This document shows, one piece after another, positions 26,206 through 32,985 of a DNA stretch of 39,533 bases (within the stretch, counting starts at the first letter, position 1; each line of letters starts with the position of its first letter). Source of the DNA: a virus; IMG/VR virus record IMGVR_UViG_3300045988_094722; one strand, given 5' to 3'. Under the pieces are notes generated by a model, which saw only the letters and a program-made list of their open reading frames with translations, was not told the DNA's origin and searched no databases. The translations under genes were made by a program, and so were the position numbers.

Positions 26206-26454
26206 ATGACTAAAAACAAGATTTCCACCGGAACCATCGCTCGCACCGCCGTCCTCGCTCTGGCACTGACCAATCAGATCCTCAGCGCAACCGGCCACTC
26301 CCCGCTCCCCATAGAGTCGGAGCAGCTGGAGCAGATCATCACCACCGGCATCACCGTCGTCGCTTCCCTCGTGGCGTGGTGGGAGAACAACTCCTTCACG
26401 TCTGCCGCCATCCACGCCGATCACGTCCTCAATCAGATGCAGGGAAAGGAATAA
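26206..26454 (+). CDS. Holin, phiLC3 family
   Basis: TGTIARTAVLALALTNQIL... and VASLVAWWENNSFT are typical of the family. Confidence 0.8.
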   Translation: MTKNKISTGTIARTAVLALALTNQILSATGHSPLPIESEQLEQIITTGITVVASLVAWWENNSFTSAAIHADHVLNQMQGKE

Positions 26455-26468
26455 GGAGAAAACACATT

Positions 26469-26735
26469 ATGATTATTACCGGCATGGCAGAATATGAAAG
26501 CGTGTGCAAAAATGCACTGGTTGAGTGGTACAACGCGCACCGCGAGACCAAAATCACCCTCGAAAACGTCTTTGTGGTCTGGTCTTGCAAGACGCTCCAG
26601 AACTACAAGGCTCTACTGTCTACCACCGTGAACGGTGACGGCATCTATGCTGAGTACACCTACAACGGCGATAAGCAGGAGTTGTACGAGGATGTGTACA
26701 GCAAGCTGACCAATCGCTGCATCAAGCAGCTGTAA
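26469..26735 (+). CDS. Hypothetical protein (88 aa)
   Basis: ATG after AAGGAGAAAA. Confidence 0.7.
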   Translation: MIITGMAEYESVCKNALVEWYNAHRETKITLENVFVVWSCKTLQNYKALLSTTVNGDGIYAEYTYNGDKQELYEDVYSKLTNRCIKQL

Positions 26736-26745
26736 GGAGGATATC

Positions 26746-26985
26746 ATGGCAAGCACTACATACCACCATATCGGTGACGTTACCGGTATGTTCGCCGCAC
26801 AAGAGCAATTTCGGCACGTCACGAAAATGGTCTGCGCACGTCTTCGTGGCCTCACGAAAACATACCATTTTGCCGTCATTGGCAATATGGTGCGCAACGC
26901 TGGACAGCTGCCGCAGCCTTTCTGGCTCGGTGCTGCCTGTGGCGGCGGCTCGTGTAGTGCTGCCCGCTGCGCTGCAAGGACTTGA
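26746..26985 (+). CDS. Hypothetical protein, possibly the N-terminal half of a frameshifted regulator
   Basis: Excellent SD AGGAGG 6 nt upstream. The last 20 aa look like out-of-frame sequence. Confidence 0.5.
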   Translation: MASTTYHHIGDVTGMFAAQEQFRHVTKMVCARLRGLTKTYHFAVIGNMVRNAGQLPQPFWLGAACGGGSCSAARCAART

Positions 26986-26995
26986 CCGACAGCAG

Positions 26996-27163
26996 ATGAC
27001 CGCCGCCATCAAAAGCGCACCGCTTGGGAGGGTAGACCGTAAAATAGCCTTACTGCGGTACGTTGAGCGGCTCCCGCTGCCGGACATTGCGGCACGGACA
27101 CATTACAGCCGGACGGCGATAGGCTACCGGCTGAAAAGCATTGAAAAAATGTTAAATGTGTGA
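26996..27163 (+). CDS. Sigma region-4-like HTH peptide (55 aa from this ATG; frame open from 26774)
   Basis: HTH motif RKIALLRYVERLPLPDIAARTHYSRTAIGYRLKSIEKML. The start is uncertain. Confidence 0.45.
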   Translation: MTAAIKSAPLGRVDRKIALLRYVERLPLPDIAARTHYSRTAIGYRLKSIEKMLNV

Positions 27164-27228
27164 TATAATATTTTACGAGCTGAGTGTATGTAGGACGCAT
27201 GTTTAAGGCTGATTCTACAAACGCAACA

Positions 27229-27267
27229 AAGCGGCAGGCTATTCCAGAGCTTGCCGCTTTTCTTTTT
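27229..27267 (+). terminator. Rho-independent terminator ending the late/lysis transcript
   Basis: 11-bp stem AAGCGGCAGGC/GCTTGCCGCTT (one G.U) followed by a T-rich tail. Confidence 0.7.
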
Positions 27268-27277
27268 GCACGAATTG

Positions 27278-27385
27278 TGGTATAATATACTTAACAAATC
27301 CACCCGGCCTCTCGAAGAAGCGCATTAGGGTGGATATTTGAGAAACCCCCGGTGTCCACTGTGGACACCGGGGGCTTTTCTGTTT
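27278..27385 (+). ncRNA. Candidate small RNA (extended -10 promoter, 8-bp hairpin, terminator)
   Basis: TGGTATAAT at 27278-27286, hairpin ATCCACCC...GGGTGGAT, and the 13-bp terminator hairpin at 27346-27374. No SD-preceded ORF is present. Confidence 0.3.
27346..27385. terminator. Bidirectional intrinsic terminator
   Basis: Perfect 13-bp stem CCCCCGGTGTCCA/TGGACACCGGGGG with a 3-nt loop, a T tract on the plus strand and an A-rich 5' flank. It lies 3 nt beyond the stop of the minus-strand gene. Confidence 0.8.
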
Positions 27386-27388
27386 CGG

Positions 27389-27658
27389 TCACATATCTTC
27401 GACGGTGTAAGACACGCTGGAGCTGTCCAGCAGGTTGCCGTCCTCGTCGTACTGGTACTCAAAATCGGTATTGGTGCCGTTTGCGTAAGTAACGGCGTAG
27501 TCGATCAGATAATCGACATCATCCACCTTGTTCGCATCCAGCTCCATGTTGTAAGGGAGCTGACCAATCTCAAAGAACTCGTTCTCAAAGTCGATTCCCG
27601 TCCGGTCATCCGTCATGGAGATGCTCAGGATCTTCTTGCCGTCATAAAACTTCGTCAT
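27389..27658 (-). CDS. Highly acidic 89-aa protein (candidate DNA mimic / anti-defence)
   Basis: ORF track. 14 Asp plus 7 Glu against 4 Lys plus 1 Arg. It has its own consensus promoter and terminator. Confidence 0.8.
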   Translation of the reverse strand: MTKFYDGKKILSISMTDDRTGIDFENEFFEIGQLPYNMELDANKVDDVDYLIDYAVTYANGTNTDFEYQYDEDGNLLDSSSVSYTVEDM

Positions 27659-27774
27659 TGCTTGTTCCTCCGTTTATTTTGTGTTCCTTACCGCGATTTA
27701 ATTATAGCACAAAAGAATCATTTTTGCAATATAAAAACGCAAAAAAGATTCTGATTTGCAAAAATATTTTTGAA
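27656..27774 (-). repeat. 119-bp promoter/5'UTR repeat, copy A
   Basis: 114/119 identical to 30098..30216, from the start codon upstream. Confidence 0.95.
27701..27729 (-). promoter_or_regulatory. Consensus sigma70-type promoter (TTGCAA-17 nt-TATAAT with TGC extension)
   Basis: -35 at 27724-27729 and -10 at 27701-27706 on the minus strand. The left arm of the 10-bp inverted repeat ATTTTTGCAA/TTGCAAAAAT overlaps the -35. Confidence 0.7.
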
Positions 27775-27807
27775 GAAAGCCCCCGGCACTGATGTCATGC
27801 CAGGGGC
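27772..27807 (-). terminator. Terminator of the three-gene minus-strand operon
   Basis: Stem GCCCCTGGCA/TGCCGGGGGC (one mismatch) followed by TTTCTTCA on the minus strand. Confidence 0.6.
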
Positions 27808-27812
27808 CTGTC

Positions 27813-28247
27813 TTATTTCAAATATTCCCGGATCGCGGCAAGGATCAGGTCGTTTCTGTTGCACTTTTCTTTTTCCATCCGCTCCGTGAGCTTTTGCGCA
27901 ACTGCGGCAGGGATGCGGACCGTCGCCTGGACATCCTCGGCTGCACCCGGCTCGCCAAAGATCATCTCGTATTCGGTCCCATCCAGATGCGCTTCTGCCC
28001 ACTTGCGGGCGTCATCTTCCTCCAGCGGAAGAATTGATTCGCCGCTGGACCACTCGTTGACCCCGATCTGTTGGCTGTACTTGCTCCCGGCTCCGCCGTA
28101 GCCGTACAAAAAATAGTTTCCGGCCTTGTTCCGGTAGAGGATCTCTTCCTCGTGGTAGAGACCGCGATAGTCCTGATCGGACTCCCAGTATCCCAATTTC
28201 TTCGCGGTCTCCGTGTTGTAACGGCGGTTATTGATTACCTTGTACAT
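27813..28247 (-). CDS. 144-aa protein with C-terminal ribbon-helix-helix domain
   Basis: SD AGGAGG 6 nt upstream. C-terminus ATVRIPAAVAQKLTERMEKEKCNRNDLILAAIREYLK. Confidence 0.8.
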   Translation of the reverse strand: MYKVINNRRYNTETAKKLGYWESDQDYRGLYHEEEILYRNKAGNYFLYGYGGAGSKYSQQIGVNEWSSGESILPLEEDDARKWAEAHLDGTEYEMIFGEPGAAEDVQATVRIPAAVAQKLTERMEKEKCNRNDLILAAIREYLK

Positions 28248-29655
28248 TGTCGTCCTCCTGCTTTTGCTTCAAAATTTCTTCCCGTGCGGCCGAGGCCTCG
28301 GCTACCGTATCATACAAACCACAATACTTTCCATCCAAAACGAGCTCCCATTTCCCGGTCTTTGGATGTAAATGGATACCGGGGATTCCAGATTGCGGGT
28401 TGACAGGCCCTCGCGGTCCCAGCAGCCGAATGGGTTTTGCTCGCCCGGCGTTGACCTGCCCTCTGACGTTGTTTCGCCGCAACTGCTCAGCGGCACAATC
28501 AGCTGAGCACACAGATGTGCACGTAGGACTGTCAAAAGTCTTGCCACAAATCACGCAAACACGTCTTTCTTTTCGCATTTCGCGGTAATGCTCGTTAAAT
28601 CGTTCCCTGTTTTGGTCCATGTACTCCCGCTTGTGCTCCCGAATGTTATCTGCGACCACATATTTTGAGCAGTCGGGGCAATAACGCTGTAAACCAGAGG
28701 TCACGATATACGGTTTCCCGCAGTGCTGGCAAATGTCCGTACTGCCGATCTCGCGGACTTTTCCGGCTTTTTTCCGCTCTTTGCATCGCTTCGCCGCTTC
28801 TACCTTTGCGGCTTTTTGACATTCGGGGCAGTATTTTGACCGAGGATACCCCAAAAAAGTGACTCCACATGTTGCACAGATGCGGTTCTGATACACACCG
28901 GTTTTGCGGTTTTCCTCCGCACATTTTGGGCAAAGGTAGCTATCGTTTGATTTGGTCCAGTAGACTTCGCCGCATTTTTTGCACTTGCGGGGGACAAGGC
29001 CCTTATGCGCCTCTCTTTCGCTCTCCATTTTGGCAATTGCAGAGGCATTTTTTAGAGCATTTACAACATCATTATTTTTTGCATCTTTTCCGCAGCCCTT
29101 GTATTCGTTAGAGTTTTTCTTTTTTTTCGTCTGTTCGTCTTTTTTCTTTTGCTTGCATGTCGGACAATATTGACTGTTTGGGCCACCATCAAATTTGATT
29201 CCACAAATTTTACAGGTTCGAAGCGTTTTTGTGGACCTCTGACATGTGCATTTGACATTTCCTCTCAGAATGTAACTTCCTGTCATTATTTTTTCTTTTC
29301 CGCACAAGTTACACCGCGTAGTCCACAAATAGTGTTTATGACCGGATTTTGTTACTCTGAATCCGGCTGGGCCAATTACTGTAATTTGACCAAAAACCTT
29401 CCCTGTAATGTCTCCCGGTTCATTCAATCGTTCGTGATAAAGATGAGCTCGCCCAATTTTCGACTTACAACCACAGCTTGTTACATTCCCACCTGTAAGC
29501 TGTGATGTTCGCACCGTAATTTCGTTTCCGCAATCGCATTTGCAGACCCAGGCTCTCTCGGAAGTTCCACGCGGAAAAATATGTGGTTGTCCTTCGCATA
29601 AAACTGTTAGAGCCCCAAAACGCTGACCTGTAAGGTCCTTTCGAGCTCGGCTCAT
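28228..29655 (-). CDS. 475-aa zinc-ribbon-array protein with C-terminal AP2-type DNA-binding domain
   Basis: Start moved to ATG 29655 (SD AGGAAGGAGA 8 nt upstream). It has two LTGxxFGxLTV...CGC modules, five CxxCG...CxxC ribbons and the AP2 motif GIPGIHLHPKTGKWELVLDGKYCGLYDTVAEA. Confidence 0.85.
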   Translation of the reverse strand: MSRARKDLTGQRFGALTVLCEGQPHIFPRGTSERAWVCKCDCGNEITVRTSQLTGGNVTSCGCKSKIGRAHLYHERLNEPGDITGKVFGQITVIGPAGFRVTKSGHKHYLWTTRCNLCGKEKIMTGSYILRGNVKCTCQRSTKTLRTCKICGIKFDGGPNSQYCPTCKQKKKDEQTKKKKNSNEYKGCGKDAKNNDVVNALKNASAIAKMESEREAHKGLVPRKCKKCGEVYWTKSNDSYLCPKCAEENRKTGVYQNRICATCGVTFLGYPRSKYCPECQKAAKVEAAKRCKERKKAGKVREIGSTDICQHCGKPYIVTSGLQRYCPDCSKYVVADNIREHKREYMDQNRERFNEHYREMRKERRVCVICGKTFDSPTCTSVCSADCAAEQLRRNNVRGQVNAGRAKPIRLLGPRGPVNPQSGIPGIHLHPKTGKWELVLDGKYCGLYDTVAEASAAREEILKQKQEDDNVQGNQ

Positions 29656-29680
29656 TACTTGTTCTCCTTCCTCATGGCAT

Positions 29681-30100
29681 TTATGCCATGCAATCGCCAT
29701 AGCAGTAAGTGTGGCAGCGGGGGCACAGGCCGCGGATCGCGGTCACACTGGGGCGGCGCTCAAAGACGCGGGCAACCTTGGTCATGACCTCGATGGTCTT
29801 GGTCTTCTTGTCGTAGCTGCCCTCAACGGTCTGGCAGTTGCTGTACTCGTTTTTGTACTGAGAGTAGTGCATCCGGACGACACCGGCGGCTTCGCGCTTA
29901 GCGGCCTCCACTGCTGCACGCTTGGCAGCTTCGACGGCTCTTTCGGCAGCAGCAGCGGCTTCCTTGGCAACGGTCTTTGCCATGTTCCATGCCTTTTTCA
30001 AAGCGCTGGCAAAGATCACTTCGGACCCATGCCCGGCCTTCGCATTCCGGAAGATTCTCCATGCGTTGTTCATGATGTCGTGCAGATTGTACTTTTTCAT
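29681..30100 (-). CDS. 139-aa protein, helical Ala/Glu-rich centre, Cys-rich C-terminus CPRCHTYCYGDC
   Basis: ORF track. It is the first gene behind promoter repeat copy B. Confidence 0.8.
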   Translation of the reverse strand: MKKYNLHDIMNNAWRIFRNAKAGHGSEVIFASALKKAWNMAKTVAKEAAAAAERAVEAAKRAAVEAAKREAAGVVRMHYSQYKNEYSNCQTVEGSYDKKTKTIEVMTKVARVFERRPSVTAIRGLCPRCHTYCYGDCMA

Positions 30101-30216
30101 TGTTCGTTCCTCCGTTTATTTTGTGTTCCTTACCGCGATTTAATTATAGCACAAAAGAATCATTTTTGCAATAGAAAAGCGCAAAAAAGATTCGGATTTG
30201 CAAAAATATTTTTGAA
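30098..30216 (-). repeat. 119-bp promoter/5'UTR repeat, copy B
   Basis: 114/119 identical to 27656..27774. Confidence 0.95.
30143..30171 (-). promoter_or_regulatory. Consensus sigma70-type promoter (copy B)
   Basis: -35 TTGCAA at 30166-30171 and -10 TATAAT at 30143-30148 on the minus strand, with 17-nt spacing. Confidence 0.7.
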
Positions 30217-30496
30217 AATCAATCCTAGAGCGGAACAAAACAATAAACTTTTTGTGCTATTTGCACTGGTTTTGTCGAAAGTCTTGCTGTGCAAACGAAA
30301 ACGTGATATTTTATTCTTGCTTCTAAAGTGAAGCCCTTAACAGTTAAGCGCTCATGCGGCTTTGTGCCGTGTGGGCACTTTTCTTTTTTGCTTAAAATAA
30401 TCAAGCTTTAATCAAGCTTTTTGTCCTTCGTTGTGTCTTCGTTGTCTCTCGTTTTCTTCCGGTACGGTACACTGGGAGCAAAGGGAGGGGAGTGCA

Positions 30497-30955
30497 ATGT
30501 TCAAATTCGACCCTTACACGGGAAAACCGATTCCTCAACGTACCGGCTATAACTGGGGCTGGGAACCGCAGGAAGCGTATCAGCAGGCACAACAGCAACA
30601 GGAGCCTTCCACGCCGTGGACAATGGTTCCTTGTCTGGCAGATGTGGATAAGGTGAGCGTCCAGCCTGGCGAGACGAAGTGGATCATGGTTCAGTCTGAC
30701 CCGATTTTTGCGGTCAAGACAGCGAACGCGATGGGATACGCCCCGGCTGAATACTACCGCTTCGAACAGATCGACCCGGCGGTATTGGCTGCCCCTGCAT
30801 CTGTGCAGGCTTCGCAACAGCTCACACGTGCGGACGTGGAGAAAATCGTGGAAGATAAAGCGCAAGCGCTGATTTCGCAATATGGTGCAGCTCTTGCATC
30901 GCAGGCACCCGCCCAGACGTCCGCAAAAGCAAAGAAGGAGGTAGCACATGAGTAA
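30497..30955 (+). CDS. Cargo operon gene 1, hypothetical (152 aa, Gln-rich N-terminus)
   Basis: ATG after GGGAGGGGAG; internal start of ORF 30431..30955. Confidence 0.7.
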   Translation: MFKFDPYTGKPIPQRTGYNWGWEPQEAYQQAQQQQEPSTPWTMVPCLADVDKVSVQPGETKWIMVQSDPIFAVKTANAMGYAPAEYYRFEQIDPAVLAAPASVQASQQLTRADVEKIVEDKAQALISQYGAALASQAPAQTSAKAKKEVAHE

Positions 30956-31283
30956 TCCTTTGGCTGGCCGCTTCGGCGCACAGCAAGCCCCACAGGCGAC
31001 ACAGGGGAGCGGCCTGATGGCAAGGCTTCCAGGCGCGATAAAGCAGGCATCCAAGATGATGGCTGTCATCAAGGCGGCGCAGAACCCACAGGCAGCGCTT
31101 ATGGACTACTGCAAGAAATCCGGGGCCTTTAATGGTTACACCGGTCCACAGGACCCCGAAAGCATGACCCGCTGGTTGTGCGAAAGAAACGGGATCCCGG
31201 TGGATGATATTCTCAATATGGTTCAGAGCCCAGGTGCACAGGGGCTCGGAAATAAACTCACAAAACTTTTGAAAGGTGGCTAA
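30948..31283 (+). CDS. Cargo operon gene 2, hypothetical (111 aa)
   Basis: ATG after GGAGG, with an 8-nt overlap with gene 1. Confidence 0.7.
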   Translation: MSNPLAGRFGAQQAPQATQGSGLMARLPGAIKQASKMMAVIKAAQNPQAALMDYCKKSGAFNGYTGPQDPESMTRWLCERNGIPVDDILNMVQSPGAQGLGNKLTKLLKGG

Positions 31284-31286
31284 ACT

Positions 31287-31910
31287 ATGGCTATGGATGA
31301 CTCTATGGGCTTCGGTGGCGGCGGCATCTGGATTTTCGGGCTGCTCGTGTTGCTGGCCCTTTTGCTCGGCGGCAATGGCAATGGCCTGTTCGGTGGAAAT
31401 CGCGGCCCCATGTTCCCGCCCAATGTGGCAACGTCCGGCGACGTCCAGCGCGCAACCGATTTTGCAGCGCTGGAACGGCAGAACAACGAGGGCGTGTCGG
31501 CGACTCGACAGGGCGTCTATGATGTTGCCGCAGCTGTAAAGGATGGCAACTACAACATTCTCGGCGAGCTGCGCGACCTCGAAAGCGCTTCCAACGCTGG
31601 TTTTGCACAGCAGCAGGTGTGTTGCTGTGAGACCAACCGCAACATTGACTCTGTCCGCTACGACATGAGCAACTTTGCGGCCGCGATCAAAGAAAACCAG
31701 ACCGCAGGAATCCAGAAGGTACTGGATCAGCTGGCAACCAACCGTTACAGTGATCTGGAACGGGCTTACAACCAGCAGAGCACGCAGTTTGCGATTCAGC
31801 AGGCTGTTTGCGGCATTCCCAAGACTTCCCCCTATGCCTATCAGCTGGCCCCCACATGGGGCCCGGCTCCCGGATACGGCCCCGGTCCATGCTGGGGCAA
31901 CGCAGCCTGA
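31287..31910 (+). CDS. Cargo operon gene 3, membrane-anchored protein with Gly-rich TM segment and CCC motif (207 aa)
   Basis: N-terminus GFGGGGIWIFGLLVLLALLLGGNGNG, and a C-terminal Pro/Gly/Trp-rich tail. Confidence 0.75.
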   Translation: MAMDDSMGFGGGGIWIFGLLVLLALLLGGNGNGLFGGNRGPMFPPNVATSGDVQRATDFAALERQNNEGVSATRQGVYDVAAAVKDGNYNILGELRDLESASNAGFAQQQVCCCETNRNIDSVRYDMSNFAAAIKENQTAGIQKVLDQLATNRYSDLERAYNQQSTQFAIQQAVCGIPKTSPYAYQLAPTWGPAPGYGPGPCWGNAA

Positions 31911-31943
31911 TAGGTTATAAAACCTCGCTATAACAGCGCATAG

Positions 31944-31975
31944 CCCCCACGGCAAACGCTGTGGGGGTCTTTATT
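31944..31975 (+). terminator. Rho-independent terminator (possibly partial) inside the cargo operon
   Basis: 10-bp stem CCCCCACGGC/GCTGTGGGGG (one G.U), loop AAAC, then TCTTTATT. Confidence 0.6.
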
Positions 31976-31994
31976 ATGAAAGGAGTATCTTATT

Positions 31995-32444
31995 ATGATG
32001 AACTGCATGAAAAACCCGCACTACAAGAGCGCGGTGGAAAGTTACAACACAGCCACCCAGGCACTCACAACTACGCCCGCTCCGCTTGGTCTGACCGGCA
32101 CGGTGCTCACAAACACCGGCGTTTCTCTTGATCCGGAGCAGGCAGCTGTAAAAATCAACAACAGCGGCCTGTACAAGGCAGACGCGAACATTCAGGCGCT
32201 GGCAAGTGCTGCAGGCGACATCGTGATTGCGCTGTATCTAGATGGAGTTCTGCTGCCCGAAACACAGCGCACGGTGACTGCGGCCGCCAGCGCTACCGTT
32301 TCGCTGACCACTGACATGCTCCGGAGCGTTCCATGCAACTGCAATACCCACACACTGCAACTCTATGGATGGGTCATCGGTACCGCTGCTGCAAACGTCA
32401 CATTTGCACAGCTGGCTGTGGTCAAAGAAGCGGGGAGGGCATAA
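31995..32444 (+). CDS. Cargo operon gene 4, BclA-C-terminal/C1q-TNF-like beta-sandwich protein (149 aa)
   Basis: The pattern SGLYKADANIQAL...IVIALYLDGVLLPET...LQLYGWV...AQLAVVK resembles exosporium BclA C-domains. This call is from memory only. Confidence 0.6.
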   Translation: MMNCMKNPHYKSAVESYNTATQALTTTPAPLGLTGTVLTNTGVSLDPEQAAVKINNSGLYKADANIQALASAAGDIVIALYLDGVLLPETQRTVTAAASATVSLTTDMLRSVPCNCNTHTLQLYGWVIGTAAANVTFAQLAVVKEAGRA

Positions 32445-32447
32445 CCC

Positions 32448-32786
32448 ATGATGGACGAAACGAAGCTGGCCGGTTGCAAGCGGACTCTCATACAGGCCGC
32501 AAAGCAGATGGCAGAAGAGTACAGCGACGCGATGAACTACGCAGACTTTGCGGTTGAGTATAAGTCTGTGTGCCCGTCGGCTGCCTCCGAATGGTACAAG
32601 CTTTCCGGCGACGAAATCGAGCACGCCGAAATCAACTCCCGCATCGGACAGAAGGTGCTTTCCATGGTCGAAACAGAAGATGCTGCAGCAGCGGCAGACC
32701 TTCGCAGCATGTGGGCGATGGCGGAAGAACTGGTTTCTGGTCTTCACGAAGCCGTCACAAAGCAGCGGGCGGCGTATGTGAAATAG
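32448..32786 (+). CDS. Cargo operon gene 5, helical hypothetical protein (112 aa)
   Basis: ATG after GGGAGGG. Confidence 0.7.
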   Translation: MMDETKLAGCKRTLIQAAKQMAEEYSDAMNYADFAVEYKSVCPSAASEWYKLSGDEIEHAEINSRIGQKVLSMVETEDAAAAADLRSMWAMAEELVSGLHEAVTKQRAAYVK

Positions 32787-32860
32787 TGTTCCTTTATTTG
32801 TTCCTTTATCACAAGTATTCAGGATAATCTACGTTGTTTTTAGGTTTGAATTAAAAAGAA

Positions 32861-32906
32861 AAGCGGCAGAATTTCTCAAAAATGAGACGTTCTGCCGCTT
32901 TATTTT
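32861..32906. terminator. Bidirectional intrinsic terminator
   Basis: Perfect 11-bp stem AAGCGGCAGAA/TTCTGCCGCTT, with a T tract downstream and an A tract upstream. Confidence 0.75.
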
Positions 32907-32955
32907 GGAGCAGGATACGGGACTCGAACCCGCCGCCTACTGCTTGGGAAGCAAG
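32906..32955 (-). other. attP core: 3' 50 nt of a tRNA-Gly(CCC) gene (anticodon stem-loop to CCA)
   Basis: The minus strand reads CTTGC-TTCCCAA-GCAGT AGGCG GCGGG-TTCGAGT-CCCGT ATCCTGC-T-CCA. There is no D arm or 5' acceptor, and it lies 30 nt from the 3' end of int. Confidence 0.75.
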
Positions 32956-32985
32956 AAAAAACAGCGACAAAACGAGAAAATGTGG

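Noticed and set aside
30242-30331. Small hydrophobic/basic peptide ORF (GTG...LFALVLSKVLLCKRKRDILFLLLK) as a type I toxin.
   Set aside because: It has no SD and no identifiable promoter or antisense RNA, and it is simply the tail of a spurious long ORF (29711..30331).
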